Positions 8,964 through 18,344 are shown, counted from the stretch's first letter. The stretch: DNA of 64,000 bases from an uncultured virus (IMG/VR IMGVR_UViG_3300030098_002348) (IMGVR_UViG_3300030098_002348), one strand, 5' to 3'. Translations and numbers: made by a program. Notes: a model not told the origin generated them from the letters alone.

Positions 8964-9872
8964 TTACGCACCTGGTGATGCAAAAATACCTCTAGGGTCA
9001 GATACGCCAAATACGTATCTTTCTCTAGCTTTGTATCTTACGTTACCAGTATCGAAATCACCTTCCATTTTTGTAGTTAATGGAGCTCTTTCGAAATGTT
9101 TCATACCATTTGGCACATCTGTGATTAGATAGAATGCATCAGGATCAGTGAAGAAGTGATTGATAGAGTATCCTCCAGGAATCATTCCCATGTTTCTGAT
9201 TGCATTGATATCGTTATCAGCAGTTCCAGTTCTACCGGCAGAATTCATAAGTCTGTCAGCAGTAAACTGTAATGCAGATGGTACTATCATGCTAGTCGCT
9301 TTTGCAGCAATTTTTAAACCTCTTTCATCAGTGAATGCATTAATATCAATTAATGACTGCTCTAATGAAGTTTCGTTTAAGTCCGCTGCAACTGCCAATG
9401 TATTGCTGAAACTTCCAGCAATAGTTGGGTGCGCTGTATTAAATAGCGTTACACCATCACCTGAATTAAATGTTCCTCCAGGTAAACCATTGTTTAATGG
9501 TGACGCTGCTTTAACTTGTTTTGTTTGAGCCATAGATCTTGCTAAAGCTTTTGTATATCTAGAAGCAAGTCTGTCGTACAAGTTATCCTCAATAGCTTCC
9601 TCAGTGATAGCAAAAGCGAGAGCAACTGTCTCGTTAGTGTATCTTGCTGTGAAAGATTCTTGAGCTTGATCAAACTTAACAGCTGAACCTTCTGGTTTAA
9701 CTGATGCTTGAGCAAATCCTGATAACATGACTTCTTCTTCAAAAGCTCTGTCAGATGACTCAGTTGTGTATATAGCAGTATGCTCTTGGTCATACTGTTT
9801 ATATTCCAGGCCGAACAAGGCGTTCAAACCTGGCTCTAGTTCTTTAACTAGTTGATTACGTGATATAGCCAT
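8964..9872 (-). CDS. Major capsid protein
   Basis: 302 aa MAISRNQLVKELEPGLNALFGLEY...RYKARERY.FG.SD.RG..ASPGA, a recognisable marine podophage capsid family; follows the scaffold gene. Confidence 0.88.
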   Translation of the reverse strand: MAISRNQLVKELEPGLNALFGLEYKQYDQEHTAIYTTESSDRAFEEEVMLSGFAQASVKPEGSAVKFDQAQESFTARYTNETVALAFAITEEAIEDNLYDRLASRYTKALARSMAQTKQVKAASPLNNGLPGGTFNSGDGVTLFNTAHPTIAGSFSNTLAVAADLNETSLEQSLIDINAFTDERGLKIAAKATSMIVPSALQFTADRLMNSAGRTGTADNDINAIRNMGMIPGGYSINHFFTDPDAFYLITDVPNGMKHFERAPLTTKMEGDFDTGNVRYKARERYVFGVSDPRGIFASPGA

Positions 9873-9886
9873 AGTTTATAACCTCC

Positions 9887-10468
9887 TTATATCCCTGCTC
9901 TCTGAGTGTTATTTCCGACCAAGATGTGTTCTCTGATCTGAACTCTAAGAGCAAAGCCCTCAGCAGTTGTGTCAGAGTGATCTGGATCTCTAGAAACACC
10001 CATGATGAACAATTGAGCCTGTGTATTCGCTGTTGTAGCCGAGATTTTTGATCTCGAAATAAACAACGGTGATGTTCCATTTGCAAACACTTGGTCTGCA
10101 CAATGTCCAACTTCATTTGCATTGAACGCTGTATCAGCAGACATAACTTCATACATCTGCATAGGATCATCATTTACAAAACCAACAATATCAGTTGCAG
10201 TATTACTTGCAGCTAAAAAGTTGGCAAACGTTGGTTTACTAGTCGTAGCGTCAGTAAAAAACACTCCATTCAGTACACCCAGATTATTAGTATCTGTGTT
10301 TCCTGAAGAAAGTATTACTCCATCTGCAGTTAATTGCACCATTGCTGCGTGCGAGATTAAAGCAGAAGAAGCCGCAATGTTGTACTCAGAGAGTCCTTCA
10401 TTGTTGTAATTCTGACCGACTTTTTTAATGGGTCTAAAACCGAACCCAGTAGTTGACGCGTTAGCCAT
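9887..10468 (-). CDS. Putative minor capsid/cement protein
   Basis: 193 aa MAN....FG.RP and V.DDP...YEV motifs; directly upstream of the capsid gene. Confidence 0.55.
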   Translation of the reverse strand: MANASTTGFGFRPIKKVGQNYNNEGLSEYNIAASSALISHAAMVQLTADGVILSSGNTDTNNLGVLNGVFFTDATTSKPTFANFLAASNTATDIVGFVNDDPMQMYEVMSADTAFNANEVGHCADQVFANGTSPLFISRSKISATTANTQAQLFIMGVSRDPDHSDTTAEGFALRVQIREHILVGNNTQRAGI

Positions 10469-10546
10469 ATTGTTTCTCCTTATGTACCTGCCCTTGCGGG
10501 CCTCCAGTACGGTTAACTATTTCGCTGGGTTTGAATTGTTAAAAAA

Positions 10547-11041
10547 TTAACTTTTCTTGCCACCGAAGGTTGTACGAGATTGTCTATCAATATCGATAGG
10601 CATTCCCTTATGCTGTTCCTTCAGTAGATCGTTGTCAATTGCCGTCATTTGATCCTGCGCCTGTCTCATGTAATAGTCAGTACGCTGTCTCGCGATCTCT
10701 TCTGGTACCCTAGTCAGCACTAGGCCTCCGTGCCCGATCACCCCTGCGTATTTGCCGTCTTGGACTATTGGGAAGTCTTCTTCAGGATATTCGTCAGCTC
10801 TAACTAATTCGTATCCAGATCTTAATCGACCTTGTACGTTTTTAGTGTCTACGAACCCTAGGATTTCTACCCTGACCCATCTGTGTCTGAATCCTTCTGG
10901 CGCGTTGGGCGTATCTAAGTACGATGGTGGAGTCCAAACTTTTGGTCTTGCTTTTGGCTTAACCGCTTTAGCTTGTGATTGTACTTTTGTCGAATCACTC
11001 TGCTTAGCTTGGCTCGCACGAGTTGGTTTATTCTTTTCCAT
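10547..11041 (-). CDS. Conserved head-module protein
   Basis: 164 aa; W.PPS.LD.P.AP.GFRHRW.R and GGL.L.R.PEE motifs. Confidence 0.55.
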   Translation of the reverse strand: MEKNKPTRASQAKQSDSTKVQSQAKAVKPKARPKVWTPPSYLDTPNAPEGFRHRWVRVEILGFVDTKNVQGRLRSGYELVRADEYPEEDFPIVQDGKYAGVIGHGGLVLTRVPEEIARQRTDYYMRQAQDQMTAIDNDLLKEQHKGMPIDIDRQSRTTFGGKKS

Positions 11042-11045
11042 ATGC

Positions 11046-12065
11046 CTATACCTCCTTCGTGTTCATAAGTTGTTTCGCATACTCTTCCAATGGCACACCT
11101 AATTTTCTAGCAATTGCTACTTGAGAAGATGTGAGTCTCACACTTTTGCGACCAGTCTTTGAACTACGCGTTGCAGAGGCAACGTTTTGTGTAGGTTTAC
11201 TAGTCTGTTTTTCTACAGATGTATCAAATTTATGCGGAAATTCAAGTCTTATTCTTTTATCAATTTCAGCATAATAATCGTCTGATTTAGGGTCATACCC
11301 CTCTTCCTCTGTAAGTTTTCTATGTAAATCAAATGCAGTGTAAGTCATTGCATTATCTTTACCAAACCAATCATTTTTTTCTGCCCATGCTTCTGCCTTT
11401 GGATCAGGTGCAGTTGGACGTGTTGGTTGTTTTACTTGCGGTTGATCTTTAGCAGCTTTTTCTTGCATTTGTTGTGCAGTCTTCAGTTCTGCTAATTTAC
11501 CCTGCTCATAACCAAGTTGAGAGATAGCAGTTAATGCTTCTACCTCTGCTTTTGAATCTTGAGATTCTCTGGCAGCGGCTAACTTAGCTTGAGCTGCAGC
11601 AAGAGATGATGATATTCTACCTTCCATCTCTGTTGCATAATTTTTATCTAACGATGTGGCTTGAGTTTTAAATTCATCTCGTTCTTTCTTAACACTCTCA
11701 GCATAACGTAAAGCCTCTTCTTTTTGTCTTTCAGCTTCACGCATTTTTTTAGTTAGTTTAGCTATTCTTTTTTTGACTCCTTCAGAATATTCTTCAACTT
11801 CCCTAGTGTTACTTTGTTGTTTATCACTCCCTTTTTCATCAGTTGTCTGTTCAGTCTTGTTCTCTTCCACTCGAACATCAGACTGCTGATCAGATTCCTT
11901 AGATGAATCATCGGCGCTACCACCGTCTTCCAACTTTGTTTCACGTTCATTTTCATATGTTTTGTCCTCTTCATTTTTAGTTTTATCTTCTGGCAGTTCT
12001 ATATCAACACTAGGACCTGACGTGTCGATATCAACTGTATCTTTTTGTTTTTCTTCTTCTGGCAT
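11046..12065 (-). CDS. Capsid scaffolding protein
   Basis: 339 aa acidic coiled coil; C-terminal VRLTSSQVAIARKLGVPLEEYAK; position upstream of the capsid gene. Confidence 0.7.
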   Translation of the reverse strand: MPEEEKQKDTVDIDTSGPSVDIELPEDKTKNEEDKTYENERETKLEDGGSADDSSKESDQQSDVRVEENKTEQTTDEKGSDKQQSNTREVEEYSEGVKKRIAKLTKKMREAERQKEEALRYAESVKKERDEFKTQATSLDKNYATEMEGRISSSLAAAQAKLAAARESQDSKAEVEALTAISQLGYEQGKLAELKTAQQMQEKAAKDQPQVKQPTRPTAPDPKAEAWAEKNDWFGKDNAMTYTAFDLHRKLTEEEGYDPKSDDYYAEIDKRIRLEFPHKFDTSVEKQTSKPTQNVASATRSSKTGRKSVRLTSSQVAIARKLGVPLEEYAKQLMNTKEV

Positions 12066-12083
12066 AGTTTCTCCTTATCTATG

Positions 12084-12494
12084 TTAAAATTCGTGGAATA
12101 TATCTTCAGGGTTTTCCACGGTCGCTAAAACTTCATCATCATTAAGAAGTCTTATCTCACCCCCATCTATTTTAATTCGTGACCCGGCATATCTTGCAAA
12201 GATAATCCAATCACCTTTCTTGCACCAGGGACCCTCTGGATATCTTTCTTTGTCATAGCAGTGTGGGCCCATGTCTAAAACTAAACCACAAGTTGATGCT
12301 ACTTGTGATCGTTCTACTGTTTCATCTGCTAGTAATATTCCACCTTTTGTTTTTTCTTTTTGTTTAAAAGGTAAAACTAATATTCTCCAACCTGTTGGTT
12401 TGGGTAATTTTGACGTGTCTGATTTTTCTAATCCGACCAAATTTTTATTTGGTAGGTGTATCTTTGTTTTTGATACTGATGACTGTTCCTTCAT
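12084..12494 (-). CDS. groES: Co-chaperonin GroES (Cpn10)
   Basis: PTGWRILV, KTKGGILL mobile loop, GDWIIFARYAG and LLNDDEVLA motifs. Confidence 0.9.
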   Translation of the reverse strand: MKEQSSVSKTKIHLPNKNLVGLEKSDTSKLPKPTGWRILVLPFKQKEKTKGGILLADETVERSQVASTCGLVLDMGPHCYDKERYPEGPWCKKGDWIIFARYAGSRIKIDGGEIRLLNDDEVLATVENPEDIFHEF

Positions 12495-12687
12495 TTTCCG
12501 TTTGCTCCTTTTTATTTAGCAGGGTGGATATTTCCTGATTTAAATATTGATACGTTCGTATCTGCCCTAACATATACTGGTATTTTTCCATGTTGTCAAC
12601 ACCCCCAGAAACCATAGCAGATACAACATCATCATGTCTCATTTTTATAATTCTTTTAATTTTACTCACAAAACTCATATCATCCAT
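12445..12687 (-). CDS. Hypothetical protein upstream of groES
   Basis: 80 aa; G.V...E.Y.Y..GQI pattern; coupled to neighbours. Confidence 0.6.
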   Translation of the reverse strand: MDDMSFVSKIKRIIKMRHDDVVSAMVSGGVDNMEKYQYMLGQIRTYQYLNQEISTLLNKKEQTENEGTVISIKNKDTPTK

Positions 12688-12893
12688 TATCTTTCTCCTA
12701 ATTGTTTTTTATATTTATGCACTCGGTTACGTGCCTTACGTTCGAGTGTTTTGTCTTTTTTCTTTAATGCAGTTCCGACATCACGTCTAGCTTTCATTAA
12801 ATTTTTTACCAACCTAGTTTTTTTAGGTCCCTTGGGTAAATCTGAAACTCTATACAATCTACCTTTAAACTTTCTTCGTTTTTCTGATGGCAT
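12687..12893 (-). CDS. Small highly basic protein
   Basis: 68 aa K/R-rich; stop overlaps the next start. Confidence 0.6.
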   Translation of the reverse strand: MPSEKRRKFKGRLYRVSDLPKGPKKTRLVKNLMKARRDVGTALKKKDKTLERKARNRVHKYKKQLGER

Positions 12894-13149
12894 CTTTGCC
12901 TTTTTTAAATATAGCAGCTACTTTGTTTTTACCCATAACTTTGGCTCGCTGTTCTCCAACCGTTAAAATTTGAATTTTCCTAGCAAACGGTTTACTAATT
13001 TTTTTAACCTTCGCCACTGTCTTACGCGCATCCGTTGGCGTCGCGAACTTGATGCTAACAGTGTCACGAGGGTTTTCGTCAGTATAAAGTCTCCGACCAT
13101 ATTTTTTACCAGGATGCTTACCCGTTCCTTTTTTTGGATCTGCCACCAA
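12865..13149 (-). CDS. Small highly basic protein
   Basis: 94 aa; DPK.GTGK.P...GRRLYTDENP.DTV motif. Confidence 0.65.
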   Translation of the reverse strand: MVADPKKGTGKHPGKKYGRRLYTDENPRDTVSIKFATPTDARKTVAKVKKISKPFARKIQILTVGEQRAKVMGKNKVAAIFKKGKDAIRKTKKV

Positions 13150-13243
13150 TAACTCCTTTCAAAGTTTTTGCTTGTTTTGCGTGTAACTTAGAGGCTTTTT
13201 TTAAACCTTTAATTACACCTTTAATTGCTTTTCTTTTTTTCAT
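13118..13243 (-). CDS. Tiny basic protein (41 aa), not in the ORF track
   Basis: MKKRKAIKGVIKGLKKASKLHAKQAKTLKGVIGGRSKKRNG; AAGGAG SD; ATGA overlap with the upstream ORF. Confidence 0.6.
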   Translation of the reverse strand: MKKRKAIKGVIKGLKKASKLHAKQAKTLKGVIGGRSKKRNG

Positions 13244-13347
13244 TTTTTCTCCTTATATTTTTCTTGCCAATATTTAGCTCTTTCCAATCTTCTAACTCTA
13301 TAATCTAGTTTGTCTAGGCCTAATATTTTTTTAATAAAATTTATCAT
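13240..13347 (-). CDS. Tiny protein (35 aa), not in the ORF track
   Basis: MINFIKKILGLDKLDYRVRRLERAKYWQEKYKEKK; ATGA overlaps at both ends. Confidence 0.55.
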   Translation of the reverse strand: MINFIKKILGLDKLDYRVRRLERAKYWQEKYKEKK

Positions 13348-13553
13348 AGTTTAAATGCTTGTAGTTCTTTTAATTTTTCTTGTGCGTCTACAATTTTTTG
13401 CATAAGTTTATCTATCTCCTCTAAATGTTGTGGGTGTTCTCCAATACCCACAGAGTGATCTAAATAAATTTTTATTGTTGCGTCTGCTTCTGATATTTGT
13501 GCTTGATATTTATCTTCTAGTGCTTGTAGTATTGCTTGCCTTAACATTTCCAC
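13344..13553 (-). CDS. Small helical hypothetical protein
   Basis: 69 aa; VGIGEHP motif. Confidence 0.65.
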   Translation of the reverse strand: MEMLRQAILQALEDKYQAQISEADATIKIYLDHSVGIGEHPQHLEEIDKLMQKIVDAQEKLKELQAFKL

Positions 13554-13822
13554 CTTCTTCTAGCCTGACGTAGTCTAGAATTAGGATCTCTTGCAGCTTT
13601 AGGAAATTTTTTCATTTGTCCGGCGCTTCTTGCGCAGAAAGACTTACGTCTTTTCGCAGCTTTAGATCCAGGTTTTACTTTACCCGTCACGGCTGTTTTT
13701 AGTTTTGAACCAGGATTCATTCTTCTATAGGCAGCGACCCCGGCCTTTGTCATGCCTGCGCCCGACTTAGTCGAACGAAAGTTTTTTTTATTTCTAGCAG
13801 GCATCTTGTCTTGCTTTCTCAT
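13541..13822 (-). CDS. Small highly basic protein
   Basis: 93 aa; NPGSKLKTAVT, RRKSFCARS and DPNSR...ARRRWKC motifs, seen in marine phage basic proteins. Confidence 0.7.
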   Translation of the reverse strand: MRKQDKMPARNKKNFRSTKSGAGMTKAGVAAYRRMNPGSKLKTAVTGKVKPGSKAAKRRKSFCARSAGQMKKFPKAARDPNSRLRQARRRWKC

Positions 13823-14106
13823 TAGGCAAGACCCCCCATGCTCATGCTTTTTCTTTTTGTAAATGTTTTAACGTTTGTTGGTTTTGGTCCCACATTGGCA
13901 GCTGCCCGTTTCCTTGCAACGGCAGATCTTCTTTGCCCTTCTGACATACGTCTTGCTTTTGCAAGTGGGACACACTTGGGATACTTCCTCTTCGCGTCCT
14001 TCTTCTGTTTTGAACGGCCACACTTTGCGAAGGATCCATCTTTTCGCTTGCTCCCAATATCTACCCATTTTTGTTTGAACCATTTATCCAGACCATTTTT
14101 AGCCAT
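13822..14106 (-). CDS. Small basic protein
   Basis: 94 aa; L.KWF.QKWVDI, CGRS and YPKCVP motifs. Confidence 0.7.
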   Translation of the reverse strand: MAKNGLDKWFKQKWVDIGSKRKDGSFAKCGRSKQKKDAKRKYPKCVPLAKARRMSEGQRRSAVARKRAAANVGPKPTNVKTFTKRKSMSMGGLA

Positions 14107-14110
14107 ATTA

Positions 14111-14386
14111 TTAAATTATTTTAGTTTTTTTCTTTCGATTTGACATGATCGCACCGCAACCTTTAGCCACGAAACCACCATTTTTATAACCTCGGTTGGG
14201 TCTATTAAGTTCACCCATCAAACCACCTTCGGCTTTGCTTCCTCTAAAATCTTTTCTTTTTAATCCAGAGGGATCTTTAATTTTACCCGCACAAATTTTG
14301 CTAGCATATGCGTTCGCGTATGCACTGGGATATACCTTAAATTTTCTCTTCGCCGCTGCTTTTCCTCTAGGACATAATTTTGTCAT
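14111..14386 (-). CDS. Small basic protein
   Basis: 91 aa; KRKFKVYPSAYAN motif. Confidence 0.7.
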   Translation of the reverse strand: MTKLCPRGKAAAKRKFKVYPSAYANAYASKICAGKIKDPSGLKRKDFRGSKAEGGLMGELNRPNRGYKNGGFVAKGCGAIMSNRKKKTKII

Positions 14387-14520
14387 TATCTTTTCCTCGC
14401 CGTTTGTGCAGCTCTTTTAAAATTAGCTGCGGTGGGTGCACCCTTTGCACCCTTCTTACGCATCTTACCACCACGTTTACGTTTAGCATGAATGTTTGCA
14501 TACAAACCTTTTCCTGCCAT
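14386..14520 (-). CDS. Tiny basic protein (44 aa), not in the ORF track
   Basis: MAGKGLYANIHAKRKRGGKMRKKGAKGAPTAANFKRAAQTARKR; TAATG overlaps at both ends. Confidence 0.7.
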   Translation of the reverse strand: MAGKGLYANIHAKRKRGGKMRKKGAKGAPTAANFKRAAQTARKR

Positions 14521-14636
14521 TATTTTTTCCTTTTCTTAGCAAGTCCACCTTTCTTCATAAAGCCCATTTTATTTCTAACAGCTTTAGGAAGTTTACGAAG
14601 ACCTTTTCCTTTTTTACCTTTAGGTACTGGTTTCAT
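14520..14636 (-). CDS. Tiny basic protein (38 aa), not in the ORF track
   Basis: MKPVPKGKKGKGLRKLPKAVRNKMGFMKKGGLAKKRKK; stop/start overlaps. Confidence 0.7.
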   Translation of the reverse strand: MKPVPKGKKGKGLRKLPKAVRNKMGFMKKGGLAKKRKK

Positions 14637-14785
14637 TTTTTTCTCCTCTTGCTTATTCCAGCTTCAGAAAGAGCGATCGCAATCGCTTGCTTTCTGTTTT
14701 TTACTTTTTTCTTAGAACCGCCAATGTTGAGTTTACCTTTTTTAAACTCACGCATAACTTTTCTAACTTTTTTCTGGCCTTTCAC
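14633..14785 (-). CDS. Tiny basic protein (50 aa, GTG start), not in the ORF track
   Basis: MKGQKKVRKVMREFKKGKLNIGGSKKKVKNRKQAIAIALSEAGISKRRKK; TAGTG and ATGA overlaps. Confidence 0.7.
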   Translation of the reverse strand: MKGQKKVRKVMREFKKGKLNIGGSKKKVKNRKQAIAIALSEAGISKRRKK

Positions 14786-15135
14786 TATCTATTAATCTTT
14801 CCAGATTTTTTAGCTTTAGAACCAAATCTTCCATAAGACTCGTCTCTAGAAGCTTTTAATTGCTTCTTAGTTCTTTTCTTACGAATTCTCATAGCAATAG
14901 ACTCATCTTTTCTTGCTTTGTAACCTTGTTTCTTCTTACCGACTTTACCGCCTTTTTTCATAGCGCCTCTGTCCATAAGCTCAGTTGGCATTCTTTTGGA
15001 TTTCATGTTCATTCCTTGTCCACGCGAATACATCATGTCTCCAGTTCTGCCACCCATTCCGCCGCCTCTCATTTTTTTTCGGCCGACTTGTCCTCTAGGT
15101 TGAGCAACTTGTGTGTTAAATCTAAAATTAGGCAT
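14785..15135 (-). CDS. Small highly basic protein
   Basis: 116 aa rich in K/R/G/M; coupled to neighbours. Confidence 0.65.
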   Translation of the reverse strand: MPNFRFNTQVAQPRGQVGRKKMRGGGMGGRTGDMMYSRGQGMNMKSKRMPTELMDRGAMKKGGKVGKKKQGYKARKDESIAMRIRKKRTKKQLKASRDESYGRFGSKAKKSGKINR

Positions 15136-15521
15136 TATTTTTTTCCTCCATTTCTAAAAATTTGTGTACCCTTTATACCATATATCGACGCCACGACAAG
15201 GATCCACAGGTTGGTGAACCATGACGGGAGCTGCGAGAACATCTCGAAAAATAATTTCACTTTGTCCATCGCTGTTGGGTCATCTGAGATAACCGCATAT
15301 GCGAGCACCAACACGGGCAAACTGAGAATTACGAGAACTGCCTCGTCCTTCCAGTCTGACTGTCTAGCCTCTAGCAATTTACCCTGGTACTGCTCCTCGC
15401 CCCGGGCCATTTTCTCGGCATGCATAAGTTGTGCATCCGACATTGCCATTTTCGTTCTCTGCTTGTTAGCATAAATCTTACTTCCAGCAGAAACGGCTAA
15501 TTTAATCGCCGATAACCACAT
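15135..15521 (-). CDS. Membrane protein, probable holin (GTA 3TM-holin-like)
   Basis: 128 aa; DWKDE followed by two hydrophobic segments and LP.W.......V.A..G.K. Confidence 0.55.
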   Translation of the reverse strand: MWLSAIKLAVSAGSKIYANKQRTKMAMSDAQLMHAEKMARGEEQYQGKLLEARQSDWKDEAVLVILSLPVLVLAYAVISDDPTAMDKVKLFFEMFSQLPSWFTNLWILVVASIYGIKGTQIFRNGGKK

Positions 15522-15524
15522 GAT

Positions 15525-15707
15525 TTAGTACCAAGTAGCTTTCACCGGTTTTTTATCCGGTCTAATTCTTCTTGTTCCTTTTACATCCACAGTCTGTGAC
15601 TCGTTTGGCATAGTAGTTTCGATAACGATACCACCTTTTTGCATGCCATCCTTGTCTGCACCCAACTCTGGAGTAATTTTTGGATCTTTTACGTTATTTT
15701 TTTTCAT
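15525..15707 (-). CDS. Small hypothetical protein
   Basis: 60 aa with AAGGAG SD, directly after the portal gene. Confidence 0.6.
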   Translation of the reverse strand: MKKNNVKDPKITPELGADKDGMQKGGIVIETTMPNESQTVDVKGTRRIRPDKKPVKATWY

Positions 15708-15721
15708 AGTTTCTCCTTATA

Positions 15722-18235
15722 CTATCTTTTTGGACCTTTCAAGATCTCTACATCAGCCATTTTGAATAAATCGTTCTGAATTTTAGCTGTTTGAGACATT
15801 GCTTGCTTTGTTAATGATGTACTTGCTCGTAAATTTGCTAATTCTTCATTTTGTTCGAGCTTTTCATCAAACTGTTGTTGCCCCATTAGCTGTTTTGAAC
15901 GATCCAAATCAATTTTTTCTTGATCTTGTTCACGTTTCATACTTTCATTCAACGCTCTGAGGTCTAATTCTCTTGCTTTTAGTTGTGCAACTGGATCATT
16001 TCCGAATGCACCCATAATTTCTTGCTCTTCTTGTCTAAATTCTCTCATCATTTCAGCAATTAATTTTGATTTTCTTGATTCCATTTGAGTTGTAAGCGTT
16101 AAAATCTGTTGTTGCACTTGTGGATCTTGTTGCAGCTGTGGGTTTATTTGAATTGCTTGTTGTAATTGTGCAATTTGTTGTATCTCTTGTGCAAATTCTA
16201 ACTCTAGTTGCTCTTGTGCCATCAAAGAAATGTGTTCAAAAATATTTTTTTCTAACGATGCGGTGATAACCGGATTATTTTTTGCCATATTCATAGCCAT
16301 AAAATTTAAGTGGGCTGTAATGTGTGCTCTGTGGTCTTGACCTTTGAATGCTTGAAATGGTTTTCCTGTCATTGCCATGATGTTTTCTGCAGCAGGATCC
16401 ATTGGCATTGGTTGTTGTGGTGGCGGCAATACTTGATCTATATTTTTTACACCGATTGCTTCGTACATGTCTCTGTACGCTTCGTATAAATTATGTATTT
16501 GTGGATTAGACATTGCTAATTGTAACTCTGTTTGTGCTAAACTTATTCTTTGTGATTGTGAAAATATATTTGGATCAGCAACAGGTATAATATCTATCTT
16601 GTCATCAAAGTCTGTAAGTTTTACTGTTCGTTGAGCGCCCACGACATCGTAAGGATACTCTGCTGGTAAATAAGTTTTAAATACCCCAGCTAATAATTGA
16701 AACTCTTGTTTCATCGCCACATACATTCTTTTGTGTATGGCTGACATGACTCTTGAACCACGTTCTAACAGAGCTATGGTCGTACCAACAGCTGCCTGCT
16801 GGTTGCCGTCACCGACCTGCATGTCAGCTATGGCGGCAAATCGTTGTCCTGCCTGAACTACAATTCCCATCAATTGCAATAAAGTCTGTGATGGTTCTTT
16901 AAAAGGTAAAGGCATAAATGCATCTCTGATGTTTCCACCAGGTGCATCCACATCTCTAAACTCTCCAGGTTGGATTGAATTTGCTTCGTCTCTAACACGA
17001 ATACCTCGTTGTTTGAAACCTGCAGGCATGTTTGAAAAAGTGCCTGCATCTATTAGCTGTCTTAATGCGTTAGTCGCTGTTCTTGATAAGCCACCAATCA
17101 TGTGTATTAAACCAAAGCCATAAAAACCTAGACCAGGTAAAAATTTAAAATGAACAAAATATTCTATTTTATTTTTTAATGGATCGTTAGGTTGATAATT
17201 TCTTCGGATGGATAACACTTCTCTGCTACCTGCATCGAGTGTTACAATGTAAGGAAGTTTGATACCTGTCATGTCTCCAGCACTATCTTTGTCTTCAAAA
17301 CCTTCTAGATCTAAATTCATGTGAAACTCTAAAATAGTAAAGATATCATCATCCCTAGTTTTCTTGACACCCTCTAACTCTCTTTCTTTTTTTTCTACTT
17401 CTGATTCTTGAGAATAGCCGGGTGTAATTTCTATATCTCTATAAAAACCTGAAACTTGTTTTTTTCTTAAATCATTTTCTGACATTTTTAATTTGTGTAC
17501 AACTGCCTCTGCATCTTCAATAGATGTTGCAGTGTACGGAACTATCAAATCATCAGCTGGTACAAACTTTGAGACAGCTCTGCCTAAGAGCTCGTCATAA
17601 TAGACTTTCTTGAAGGCAGAGCCACTAAGAGGGAGATAAAAAAGCATTTGATCGAACTCGGGTTCATACTCTTTCATCACATTCATGAGCTGATAGTTCA
17701 TGAAGTTTTTTACTCTAACAGATTGATCTTCTTTCTGTCTGCTCGGTGCACCCATAGTTTGAGTGTGCACTGGTCCATTCGCTGGAAGTAATTCTTTGTA
17801 AGCCTGTGCTTGAAACTGTGTAACAGCTTCACCTAATACTGGGTGTGTTACACCACTTGCATTTTGAAACGGTTGTGTTCTATTTTCATATTTAAAACCA
17901 AGAAGATCTAAACCTTTTGTATAACTATCTTCCCAATCTTTTCTAGATGTTTTGTAGTTTTCATAATTCTCGTAAATTTCAGACCCTAATCTACCTAAAA
18001 GTTCTTCTGGTAAAAGATCTGCTAAATTATCAAAGTGTGTTGCAGTGCCCGGTTGATTGACAGCTTCTGGATCAAAATTAATTTCAACGGAACCATCTTC
18101 TTGCTCCTCAATTTTTACATCTTCAGGACCAACTTGTTCTTGAATTTTTTGTTCCGTAGCTACTTCTAATTCTTTTTCGCTAGGCGTTTTTATTGTTTGC
18201 TCTACGTTTGGAAGAGCTTTGTCTATTTCTGCCAT
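15722..18235 (-). CDS. Portal protein (P22-like, long Gln-rich barrel)
   Basis: 837 aa; SRKDWE, GSAFKKVYYD, PGLGFYGFGL, PGEFRDVD motifs; coiled-coil C-terminus. Confidence 0.85.
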   Translation of the reverse strand: MAEIDKALPNVEQTIKTPSEKELEVATEQKIQEQVGPEDVKIEEQEDGSVEINFDPEAVNQPGTATHFDNLADLLPEELLGRLGSEIYENYENYKTSRKDWEDSYTKGLDLLGFKYENRTQPFQNASGVTHPVLGEAVTQFQAQAYKELLPANGPVHTQTMGAPSRQKEDQSVRVKNFMNYQLMNVMKEYEPEFDQMLFYLPLSGSAFKKVYYDELLGRAVSKFVPADDLIVPYTATSIEDAEAVVHKLKMSENDLRKKQVSGFYRDIEITPGYSQESEVEKKERELEGVKKTRDDDIFTILEFHMNLDLEGFEDKDSAGDMTGIKLPYIVTLDAGSREVLSIRRNYQPNDPLKNKIEYFVHFKFLPGLGFYGFGLIHMIGGLSRTATNALRQLIDAGTFSNMPAGFKQRGIRVRDEANSIQPGEFRDVDAPGGNIRDAFMPLPFKEPSQTLLQLMGIVVQAGQRFAAIADMQVGDGNQQAAVGTTIALLERGSRVMSAIHKRMYVAMKQEFQLLAGVFKTYLPAEYPYDVVGAQRTVKLTDFDDKIDIIPVADPNIFSQSQRISLAQTELQLAMSNPQIHNLYEAYRDMYEAIGVKNIDQVLPPPQQPMPMDPAAENIMAMTGKPFQAFKGQDHRAHITAHLNFMAMNMAKNNPVITASLEKNIFEHISLMAQEQLELEFAQEIQQIAQLQQAIQINPQLQQDPQVQQQILTLTTQMESRKSKLIAEMMREFRQEEQEIMGAFGNDPVAQLKARELDLRALNESMKREQDQEKIDLDRSKQLMGQQQFDEKLEQNEELANLRASTSLTKQAMSQTAKIQNDLFKMADVEILKGPKR

Positions 18236-18344
18236 TTATTTTCTCCGAGTTCCGAACCACTATAGTCGGTTTATAAGGAACATTCAACCCTTGTGGGTTG
18301 GGTCCTCTGAGTGGTGGAATTGTTCTAGTTAATCGTTTTATCAT
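18180..18344 (-). CDS. Small ORF (54 aa) overlapping the portal start
   Basis: MIKRLTRTIPPLRGPNPQGL...; ATGA overlap with the upstream stop; fills an otherwise empty gap. Confidence 0.45.
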   Translation of the reverse strand: MIKRLTRTIPPLRGPNPQGLNVPYKPTIVVRNSEKINGRNRQSSSKRRANNKNA

